Below are positions 1-11,300 of a DNA stretch of 64,000 nt, one piece after another. Location of the stretch: assembly GCA_002633005.1 (NCBI GenBank), contig NMRA01000327.1:383192-447191 (forward strand), in the 5' to 3' direction. Under the pieces are notes generated by a model. That model was not told where the DNA came from and did not search any database. It saw only the letters and a list, made by a program, of their open reading frames with translations. A program made the position numbers and the translations under genes. Numbering within the stretch: position 1 is the stretch's first letter; every line of letters starts with the position of its first letter. Source of the DNA: Phoronis australis (taxonomy: Eukaryota; Animalia; Phoronida).

Positions 1-1339
1 AATTTTAAACCGTCCAAGCGTAAAGAAGACAACTCCAATTTTACTCCTACGTACGAAGATTGGTAATGCATCACGCAGCATAACGTAAGGACATGTTGAA
101 AAGTCAACGATTAAACTGATCAGCTGATGCAGATAAAGTTACGTGCTAATTCAATACAAACAAATGAAGTATTTTAAAGTTATGTAAGATCTCATCGACA
201 AGTCTGAGAATTTTGCCAGACTTAAACTCCGTAACAGTACAATATTTGAAAGTAGTAAGTTGATAGACTTGTTACCAATCTGCCATTAATTGGATCACTG
301 AACATGTCATTTCAGTAAAAAGTTGGAACAAAGGTACATTGATAGCAATTCAACGGACAAACAATAACAGGGCCAAAATTTCATTTGGTAAAAATATCGA
401 AGATGAAATCTCAAAAACTCTCTTACGGTTTTCTAAATTATTATTTCGTTTCCGTTTTACTGAACTTGTCATTTTATCATGAAAATCATAACAGTTCTAT
501 TTTATATATCTTTTTATGCAAAAGCGGAAAGAATACTTAACAAAGTTTGGAGTACACTGCATACAGCACATTTTTTTCCAAGTTTCGTCATATAAATCCC
601 ACCACTCACTTCTAAGATATGACGTTCCGAAGTTTGCCATATTCGCACCTTCTTCTATGATTCTATGTAAACTTAAAGGACTTACCAAAATCTTCATATT
701 TGCAATCGGCGTCTGGTCACTGTACCAGTCAGAAGCGTGTGGACAAAACTATAAACTCTGCCCTTTTATAATATTCCTGTTCATATACGCAAGCATTTAA
801 TTGAGGATTAAGTAACAGATTGCGATATAAACGAATTAATATAATCAAAATGTGATAGATATTATACTGCGTAAAATGGGGATAAAATTGGCCCATAGCA
901 TTTTTCAAATCCTTCCATGGATTACCTTGGAAACCGATATAACGTAACAATTTGAAAACAACAGAAAATCATGGGCATCGTTTTAACGTATGAAAATAGA
1001 TAATAGTCAACATAGATATAAATAGAAGAGTTATGCGTCAGTTGTGAAATTGTAAAACCATAAAAGAGCATTTTTAATACATTATTATTTTACTCTCGAA
1101 TCCAATTTCATATAAAATTTATCGTTTGATTTGTACATGAAGTAACGCCGTTTGAAAACAGCACAGCGCTCTCTCTCTCTGCATAAACAATAAATTGGTA
1201 ATACTGGAATTATTCTCAATAACCAAAAAGAAATGCCACTGTTTGCCTCTAAGTTTCATAAATAACGTATCGCATTTCCTAATATTCTAACAGTCTTCTG
1301 TACACCGTCTGTTGCTATATCTCTAAAACTTCTTACTAG

Positions 1340-1900
1340 ATGTTCATGAAATTTTTTAGAGATGTTCCTACCATGAATAGAACAACGCGGCCGAATTTTT
1401 TAATGGATCTGATTACCGCTGTGCCCACTAGTGTCCATTTTTTACGTTTGCCTCTGTATCTTCAGAGTTCCGTAACGGATTTTTACGAAATTTGGCAAAA
1501 CAGGTATCCAGTAAAGAGACGACATCTCCTTCCCAGCAGTTTTTGAATGGATTCAAGGTATTCTGTGTCATCCAGTGCCCATTTTTAATGTTTTGATGCA
1601 AATTGGCAAATGCGTTCTTGATAGGAAGAGCGCGACTGAGTATGATTTTTGGTCTGTTCCAACTACTACTATCACATCTCGTAGTAATAGTTTTGTGGGA
1701 TTTTTGTCATCCACAGATGAATCTCCTTAACCCTTTGCAGAATTTTTGTTTAATTCTGTAAAAGTGTTTCTATGAACGTGACAACAAATCACGACGTTAT
1801 GATAGATCCAGAGTTCTTTGACGGAAAGAGACGATAATACCTTCCCATTTTCGGATCGATTTGAGCTAGTGTGCACCACCCGATGGCCAATTTTATTTTT
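1340..1900 (-). repeat. Degenerate ~140-160 bp tandem-unit repeat, reverse orientation relative to the arrays at 8.6-9.5 kb and 14.2-15.7 kb
   Basis: Reverse-complement motifs CATGAAATTTT, GAAATTTGGCA and GTGCCCACTAGTGTC (1421-1435). Boundaries approximate. Confidence 0.5.
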
Positions 1901-2338
1901 TTTTTCGAACCTGTTCTTTGTCGTCCGCCTCCCTGTTCTGCAAACTACTTAAAGAATCATGGTGAAATGTGGGCTAATTTCATTTTCCTTGCAGTGATCC
2001 GTTTATTGAGAATTTTTGAAATAACGATCATCCCTTGCATCCACTCTGCAGGTTCTGCAGACGGTGAGTGCGTGTTAACCTTGGCGTTATTTTTTATTTT
2101 GAAGTCATTTGCTGTCATACGATTCAAGTTAAATAAATATTTAATCTCCAAATGCACGGATTGGTTGTCATGGTTGAATAAACGCGTTCTGAAAAATGAA
2201 CTTTCACTCATTTTAAACTGTAGACTATTTTTACTACTTAATAGTGTATTGATTAACCAGATTATCATCATTTTCGTTACCAGCGCACGTGTGTCGTCAA
2301 AACGCCCGAACCATTACGTTTAATGCGACCTCAAAGTG

Positions 2339-2345
2339 TATAAAA
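2339..2345 (+). promoter_or_regulatory. TATA box of the Spaetzle-like gene
   Basis: TATAAAA about 50 nt upstream of the ATG at 2397; E-box CACGTG at 2286-2291. Confidence 0.6.
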
Positions 2346-2396
2346 CTGATCAGACACGGTGACATTCCACACTCTTGAACGAGCAGTCATTTCAGA

Positions 2397-4484
2397 ATGA
2401 AGGTAAGATTTGGACACTGTCTATGACGATAACTAATTCTTTTGCCTTTAGAATACACGACGAGCTTTGAATGTGTAGTAATTCTCACTTTTTAGTGTTA
2501 AATAACTCATCCATCATTTTTTGCCAAAACACCTTTCGGCCAAATTAAAGTGGCGTAATTATAAAGAAAGTAATACAAGAATTTTGTTTTCTACTAACTA
2601 TAGTTACAGGGAATTTTCAATTTCAATCTATTTATTCTTCTTCAAATTTGATCATGGTTGCAGGTAGTCATAATCTGCGTGCTGGCCCTCATAGCTTCAG
2701 CCTCGGCAAGCCTGTTTCCAGGCAATCGGTACCCCGAAGGTGGACCGGCCGGTAGCTCTGGCGGAGCGGGCGGACCGCCGTGTAAAGAAGAGGAAGACTC
2801 CGCAACTGGCGAACACTTTGGTGTGTGCTCTGAGAACTCAATGCCCAGAGGAGTGTCGGCTGCTGACGGGTACGAATATTTTGTATTGTACAGATGTTAA
2901 TTCGTACAACAGAACTTATGAAGCTCCACCCTTCGCGTGGAAATTTTAGACAAAGAAATTCCGCTTTTATCACGCAACAATGAAATCTAATTTTTAGATC
3001 GACTAATTAGAAAAATATGAAAATTGTTATAACACAGACTATGCTACATGATATTGAGTAGTTTGCCCACATTGCCACAAAAATTTTCAATAATGACTTT
3101 AATTTTTGAGGTACCGCTATGATGCATCTGTCTCCTACAATTTTCAGCGGTCCACAAGACGGCACTACCAGCGCAGAAGCCAACCAGTTCTTTGACGAGT
3201 GTTCCGAAGACTATGGTAAACCACCAAGCAAACATGTCCGACGTCTGTCTACTAAGCCTAAAGCTATCCCGCAAGGAACATAGTAAGTTCTTAGTAATAC
3301 AGACATATCGTAAAGACTTGAAAAATGCAGTAAACCTGCCTCTTCTGCATTTACTTATGACTCGCGGCTATTAAATGGGTCTCATCTTTCTCATTTCTCA
3401 AATTAGGAATAATTTTTAGACTTGAGAGGTTCTTACAGTTCCATATGCTTCACACCAGGTTAATTAATTGATGACTTCAATTATAGTTTCAGCCGCCGAA
3501 GTAGGATGGCTTTCAAACGAATCTCAGGCGTTTTATTGCAAAAAATAGTTCAAAACAGAATAAAACAAGGCATTGCTTTGGAAGAGAAAATATGCTGTGA
3601 AGCACACTGGAAATGTCTAAGTTGTATTATGGATATATGGCCTCGAAGTTCAATACCTTTTCATAGCGTTCGTTAACCACGTTGTAGACAGTCCACAGGT
3701 GCACGAAACATTACAAAGTGAGGGTCTGCTCACACGCGCTCTTCCCTAAACAAGCTTAAATTGGGGAAAGAGAGAGTAATATCTGCTTGTGTAAGTGTTC
3801 ATATGTTAACATCCATTTCATTTTTACCAGCGGTAGAGACTGCGACGAGAACTGCGTATGGGTGAAACCGTCGTGTGTGTTCGTGCCATTCAGCCGGGAG
3901 GGATGGGTCAAGGTTCTTCAGCACAGAAAGTTTCAGCAATACGTCCGCTACTGTTGGTGTGGTCAACTGTGAGTATTGAGGAGTTGTTTTAACGTTAAGT
4001 CGAAGCAATAACTAACACCATCTTTAAGTTAAACATCTCAGGACTAGTGTTTTTTATTGCTTCTTTAAGACGCTAGCCAGGCCAATGACATAAAATGTTC
4101 AGAAATTAAAACATTGGGTTTCACCATGCTATCTATATGCGTAAGTGACAGAGCCGACGACTGAAAAACAGTTTGCAAGCGCATGATCAAGTTGTATGCT
4201 GACGTAATTTTCTTTTCTCTTTCAGTGGGGCCAAGTGTAACGGCTTCATGATGTTCTACTTCCATTGGGAAGCCGCGTGTGAGCGCGTGTTCAGCTACAG
4301 AGCCCTGTTCGTCTGGGTTCCTGTAAAGGAGTACGACCCTAAAACATGGAGGTACATCTTCAGTTACAAGCTGCGCCTCAGGTGGTTCCGCTTCCCGAGC
4401 GCATGTTGCTGCGGACACCCAACCAATCTCGTGTTTAAATATGGTGGACATTACCAGAAGAGACCGGCTCCTGGGAGTCACTAA
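2397..4484 (+). CDS. Secreted Spaetzle/neurotrophin-like cystine-knot protein (~247 aa, 5 exons)
   Basis: Exons 2397-2402, 2664-2869, 3148-3282, 3831-3968 and 4226-4484 join in frame with GT-AG introns (744 nt). Signal peptide MKVVIICVLALIASASA, a Gly/acidic pro-region, a basic site KHVRR, then C..WVKP..W.KVLQ..FQQYVRYCWC..GAKC..ACERVFSYRALFV..WFRFPSACCC, matching the Spaetzle-domain pattern from memory. Confidence 0.8.
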
Positions 4485-5009
4485 GCACACTTTTATTATA
4501 CGTTGACCACCGTCAAGCTATACGGGTTGACAAAGGTGGAATAACGGACTCGATTTTAACTACTGCTCAGTTGCTGTATAGACCAGACACGTGGAGACAT
4601 TGTAAGATATTGAGGAAAATGTTTGTTTTGTGAAATACATATTTAAAGACGCAAATTTACAGTGTGTGCTTATTGTATATGGTCATATAAGGCATCTGCG
4701 CCTTCATCCGCACTTATAAGTTATGTGAAACACACGAATAAATCCAAAGAGCAATTAGTGTCTAAAATATTATATGGGTGAATCTTAACTTATCCGTTTC
4801 AAAATAGAAGACGTTGATGCGCAATTATATTCACTTAACTATTGAGTAAAAAAGCAATGAACGGACAGAAAGAGCACAGTTAACCCGGACAAATATCACA
4901 GAGTTTAAACATATACATACGGTAGGGACGGCCTCTTGCGAGTAAAAGTGGTGGCTCACGGTATGAAGCGCTAAAGTTTTCTTAAACAAGTACCTTTTGC
5001 TCGTAGAAA

Positions 5010-5310
5010 TGTGCTTAATCAGCGTGTAGTTTTACTTAATCTACGCGCCGAATTAGATTTTCGTTATGTCCAATTAAAAGACAAGTTTACATTCAGTACG
5101 TAACGGCGCCATCATTTGCTTAGTCACTTGATAAGAATCTGCAACATTATTCAAAATTTGACTTGCACCCATGTTGAATATATTCCGCTATTGAGATTTC
5201 AGAGCACGTACGGGCGTGATTGGCCTGTATGAAGTTGTAAAACGTACAGTCAGATGATTAAGTAAAAGTACGCGTTGAATAAGAGCAGACCTAAAAGTAC
5301 ACGGTGATTA
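5010..5310. mobile_element. Degenerate foldback/MITE-like element
   Basis: TGCTTAATCAGCGTGTAGTTTTACTTAATC (~5013-5041) is an imperfect inverted repeat of GATTAAGTAAAAGTACGCGTTGAATAAGAG (~5256-5285); a further partial copy at ~5292-5310. Confidence 0.4.
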
Positions 5311-7898
5311 AACAAAACTATGTACTTCATACTTAGTGCGCACACGTACTTATACAGGAGACACTTAAGTAAATTGTCCTAGAAATTACGCTAATTACGT
5401 CCTATCTAACTATCGGTCGAGTGCGGCCAGCGAAGAATAAATAATGATTCCGTGAGAAAACGACCCATTGCACCGGCCATTTCGTTGGTCGTGCAATCAG
5501 CCGTCCGCGCTGCCTGCGGTAGCTGGGCGAGGCCAGCATCCTGCAGTCGGTCCCCGTCCACGCTGCATACACCCAATGAGGTAGGCCGCTTAATTTGATA
5601 CCGTCCCCATGCGCTAGTGCCGATGCTCAAAATTTTTCTCTCATGCACGCAGCTGTTCCCCTCTCACAAATGCAAATTACTCCCCCGATCTAGCACAATT
5701 TTCGCGTCTCATGAACGTTGCTTTTATAGTCATTACTCGCGGACAGACCAACCCTGACCCTTACATTATTCCTTAATTGCCCACAAGCGCCATTTATCCT
5801 AAACCTTCTAACGCCGTTCCCTACTCTTGCGCCACTTCGTGCAATTATGTAGTCTTCCCTGTCCGCACCCCTATCGGGTTGAATAAAATTCGTATGTCGT
5901 GCCCGCTCAATCCCGCACCGGACCTTTCGCCTGTCACGAACCTACCATTTCTTTGCCTGGGCACAGACCAGACCCTCTTCCGCACATTATTGCTTATTGA
6001 ACAACACTGATGTCAAGCTGAAAGCGATACCTTTGGAGAATTGGACAGTCTGGTTACTTAGGCTTAATTATAGTAGGAGTTGAAATTCATTGTTTTAATG
6101 GCATAAAACTAAAGTCGTGTCAAAATGCTTCACATTAATAACGAAAACGAACTGTTACAAGAACTTTTTTCTTTTACTCACTTCACATTGAACCCACTTC
6201 AAATTATATCTGTTAGCATCAAATCCTTTTTGAAAACAACTAAGAACTAACTTATAGAACTCTCTCAAATTCAAAAGGCGGTGCATAAGCGAGAAGTGTA
6301 GCGCAATACTCTTAAGTCTCAACGCGCATAAAGTTCAGCCTGTTTAAACTTTTCAACCAAGTTTTGTTCGTCACATAAAAAGTTGAATATCTTATTTGGG
6401 GCCCGGCCCTCCCCGTTGATTGACACCTTCTTGGCGCAGCCTCCCCTGGATCGGTCGCTGTGTAATCTATCCCCCCCAATTAGCAGTCGCAACCTTTCCG
6501 CCGGCTAAGAATCGTCTAATTGACACTTGACTCAGAATATCACTCCTCCGTGGTTTTATCCTTCGATAGCCCAACCACGTTACGCAGCAGCCCAAGTTCT
6601 GGAGACTGCCCCCAAATTGGAGAATTTTTACCGTAATGCCTATGCCATTAAAAATAAGGCCAAACAAAAATTATCCAAAACCTCATTTGAAAATTTTGAC
6701 AAGAAGCTAAACACATAAGACAGCTACCAAAAATGAACAAGAATGAAATACAAGTCCTGTGTGAAGTTTTATTTCTGTCATGAATGACATGACGAGAGCA
6801 CCTTTTAAAACAAGACACCAGCCAACAACAGAACAGTCTCAGATACCTTAACAAGTACCATTAACACTTAGCACTAAACTCATGTCTGACGTGGTAAACA
6901 AGTCAGTACACACATACTGTATATTGTATTAGTTCAAAGCAAGTCGACCCAGCCAAATGACACAAAAACAACACCTTATTGTTAAGACAAGGGTTAATGA
7001 CTAAGGGAGAGAATTACATCTAAGAACACCATGAAAAACAGCTGACATATACCAAACTAGATGAGGCTGAAATAAATACTAGTATTCTAACTAAATGAAG
7101 TAAGGAACACAACAGATTGTTACCATGGGAGACAACTTCTACTAAATCAGCTGAATTCAGAAAAACAAAGCAAAGAGGTGAATATTTGTGCCCCTTCACA
7201 TACTTCAGCAGTCCCAATAGTCCCAAAGTCAAAATGAGTGTCACTCTAAAACAATAAACTGTGTATGCCCAGACAAACAGGATATAAAAGTACTACTGGC
7301 GACTTGCTATTGAAACACAAACATTGCACTTGATGGTGGTAAAAGTACTAGCTGACTAATCATTAAACCATTTTAAATTCACGTTCTATAGCCATTATTT
7401 AGGAGATATGTTTCAACCTTTTCTTTCCCCGTGGCAGAGATAGAGTTGATATGGAGGCAAGTTTACAAGCATACTCAAATTACCCACCTCTTAGTTAGTC
7501 CCCTTGTTTTGCACTAGGTGGCGCACAAGACTTTAAATACATTCTACAACAACTAAAATTAGAGTGCAACATTATAACTATTTATGACTTTCGGTAAGTA
7601 ACTGCAAACTATATCTAGAAGTCAGTGACAATAATCACAATACAGGAATGTGAATACCGTAATTACCTTACTTCCAAAGATTTCATTGCAGACTTACATC
7701 TTCAATAGACTTTTTATAGCTCACCTGTGTTCGTTAATCACCTTACCTCTGGCATTGAATAGCACACAGGTACTCAATTCAGCAAATGTAGATTACTGTA
7801 TACGGTGATGGATATCATTATTCATCCAAGTGAATTTAAATAGATGCAAAAATATAAATCAAGACTACTGGATTTACTATGAAATAAATTTCCTGAGG

Positions 7899-8240
7899 TT
7901 GCAGAGCCGCCTGGCTTCTTCTACTGGGGACCGACTGGTTTCGTAGAAAATTTTGTCGCCCTCTGCCAGTGTTCATAGACAATAAGTGCAAAACTCTGGA
8001 CCATGAGCCAGACATTTTAAATCTGAAATCTCTGTGCCTATTCAGAGAGAGGTTCTGGGCTGTCTTGGTTAAAGCCATGAAAATTCTCTCTGAATAGACA
8101 CGGACGTTTCAGGTTTAAAATGTGCGACTCATGGCCCAGGGTTTCACAGTTGTTGTATCTGAACATTGGCTGTAGGTGACGAAATTTTCAAGGAGCCAGT
8201 CAGTCATCAGTCCCAAAAGGAGCCAGGTGGCTTAGCAGCG
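7899..8240. mobile_element. MITE with long imperfect inverted arms downstream of the LMAN1 stop codon
   Basis: GCAGAGCCGCCTGGCTTCTT...GACTGGTTTCGTAGAAAATTTTGTCGCC pairs with GGTGACGAAATTTTCAAGGAGCCAGTC...AAGGAGCCAGGTGGCTTAGCAGC. Confidence 0.6.
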
Positions 8241-8353
8241 GTGGGAAATATGATAAAAATCAAGAAAAAATATAGTGTTGAGCTGCAATTCATACAAAAT
8301 GACTCGAAAAAGACGAGAGCAGAAAATTTAGAGATGTGTATGTATTAGTTAGC

Positions 8354-11300
8354 CTAATAAAACTTCTTGGCCTGTGCTTCTTGTCTGCTCCTGAAACAAA
8401 TGTAATCAGCTGATAGAGTTCACTTCAAGTCATGATAAAGACAAAAAGATTTTTCAATAGATGTATCAATATTTGTTCTCAAACAGAACATGTTTAACAA
8501 CATTGTACAGCAGTGATATACACCCAGTCTCAAATGGTTAATTTTTTCAAATTCTTCTCCACCGTAATCCAATTCATCAGCTGCACATGCTGATATCATT
8601 AAGAACACATAAAACAAATTTCAATTATCGATTGAAGAACTTGGTAGATATCAAGGTAGACACAATGATAATTAGTCACAGTAGTCATAGCCGTCTGAAA
8701 ATCGACACCAGTCGTGATTTTCCCAATAGGAACACATTTGCCAAATTCCATGAAGAAATGTCAAAGAACCTGGAAGATAATGATGAAGATGCAAACAAAA
8801 CTAAAATCTCCACAAGGGGGCACTGCAGCAGAACAGCCAAAAATTACTATCGGCATATTCTCCTAAACAGGTACACACATGAAAACTTTAATGATGATTC
8901 TTGAAGCGGTTTTCACACAGAGATGATAAGGATGCAGACGGCAAAAACAAACAAAAATAGTCACTAGGGGGCACAAAAAGTTGAATCTATCTGAAGCAAG
9001 AAAGGTACCATACTTTTCTTCGTAGAAGCTAATACGCCAAATTTCATTAAGACCTGTCATGGAACTAGGTAGAAATTGAGGCCTATGAAAAGAAAACCTA
9101 AAGTGCCACTAGGGGACATCACAGTAGTCAGATTCGTCCCGATTTCAATGCAAGCTGTATTCTCCTCAACGGGAACATCTAAAACAAATTTCATGAAAAC
9201 TCCATCTCAAAGAAGTTTTAAATATTAAGGCAGACACAAAAATGCCACTAGGGGAGCTACTGTAGTCGAACGAATCTAAAAATCAATGCCAGTCATGCTC
9301 TCCTCAACAAGAGCACTGCATCTGCCAAATTTCATAATGATCCTGTGAATGGTTTGGTGGATGGAGAGGCAGACACATAAAACAGACTCAGAAATATTGA
9401 AAGTGGCCACTGGCAGGGGGAGTAAAATACAGCAAATATATTTGATGTTGGGATAGTGTCGTAATCAGCAGAAATCTATTTACCAAATTTCCTAAAAACC
9501 TTCAATGGCATTTGGTAGATACATAATATAAAAAATAATAGAAGGCGGTCTGGTACATGTTATGCAAGATATGCTCAGGCCTCTGGTGTGGGCCCATTGT
9601 ACTTCTCACTTAAAACCCATTTTATGGTTTATTAATACATAGATACACAGGCACTAAACTGCTTATCAGCAACCAATGTTGTCATCCATTGTCAGCTCCA
9701 CAGGATCACATCTGCCAACTTTCACAAAGATTATGCAAGACGACAACAATGGACAACAGATGCACAGAAAGAGACGATGGAAATATACTCATCCACATGA
9801 TTGTATATTCAGATGCATAAACAGCACAATTTTGTAGAACTCTACAAAATCTCAAATTACGGAGGATAAAAAAACGTCTTCCGTAGTAAAAGAAACTAGA
9901 TTGTAAGACAGACAAAACTCGACTCAACCTGTTCCCAACTAGGATAAGGAATAATTACCACATTAGAGATGAATTGACAATTCAACAAGACTTAAGGCCA
10001 TGCTGTGACATGCCGTGACAAGTTACTATTTAGATCCTGATCAACTGTTGGTTCTTCAAAAGCCCAGAAATCTAAATGAATGTTATCTCAGTAAGGAACA
10101 GGGCAGTCAAGACCAGAATCACCACAGGAAGTCCACTTAACCAAAAGGTCCGTTTTCGTCAGAGAGTGGGTTGTAGCTGCTTCAATTAAGCTAGCAGGTG
10201 AAAGAATATAGTCAATGTGAATAACATTTTGTCAGTTCAAGTGAAGTTTAAGCACATTGATAGGCAAAAGTACTAGTTTCATGAATGATCTGCTAAAAGC
10301 TGTACTCACTTAAATATCATATATCCTATAAGAAGAATAGTCTGTACAGCCAGGAAAACAATGAAATACATTGTACTCAAACAGTTCTGTTTGGGTATAG
10401 ATGGACATGGTGGAGCTGCTACGGGCTGAAATAGAGGTATAGCACATATATAATAACACAATATACACGACAACGTGAGAATACAGACTGATATATCTGG
10501 GTTAGTTTAGACATACTGATGTCTTACACGGTCATACCATACGCCATCAACAATTAATTAGAATTGGTCAAATACAAGAGGTTGGTGTAGTTACATACAG
10601 TGCTGGTCAAAGATAAGAGAAGTGTAGTTACATACTGTTACAACAGCTGATCACTAACTGGGAGACACTGCATCATGACAACAGCTCAGAAGGTCTGCTA
10701 AGTAACTGCTTATTACAATTAGTCCATAAAAACACTTGAAACTGAAATTAGTTGATATTGACATATTCCAAGGAGTTATTTGGTAAAATCTTGGTACGAA
10801 CCAACTGTTTACACAATATAACATTAGTTGGGACAACTCCTTATACAATATTGTTAAGCGTAATAGAGGTTAGCAAACATGGCTTATAAGATTCAGTTGA
10901 GTGTCATCCAAAGATTACCAAGTAGTAAGAATGTTACTACAAACAATGTAAGTACATTGCACACTTACGGCAGGTCTTTTTAAAAGCATAGTAACACTAT
11001 CATCAAGGGTGTTGAGTTTGTCCCTGATTTCATGTGATAACAACCCTTCTTGCTTGCCATAGCCTGTCCCAGCACTGGCTTGGCTAGTGTGAATAGACTG
11101 AGTCACCTGTTGGACATCACCTAGCATAGTTCTACAACAGCAATGACAACACTTAATGCAAATGATCAACACATTCAAGTTAGAGGTAATGTCATTTAAC
11201 ACTTAGAGAAGTGAGTTGATTAGAGACCTCTGTTGTTGGTTTCATATACTAGAGAGAAATGGTAATGAATATTCTGGAGGACTTTTCAGAACTGTTACAG

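Noticed and set aside
1871-2323. 150-aa and 104-aa ORFs upstream of the Spaetzle-like gene
   Set aside because: No recognisable motifs or splice support; composition typical of AT-rich non-coding DNA.
3487-3680. Possible extra in-frame exon in the Spaetzle-like gene
   Set aside because: It reaches a stop without a convincing donor, and exons 3 and 4 already join in phase.
5751-5765. Telomerase-template-like ACCCTGACCCTTA
   Set aside because: It mismatches the CTAACCCTAA template needed for TTAGGG, and no pseudoknot or H/ACA elements were recognisable.
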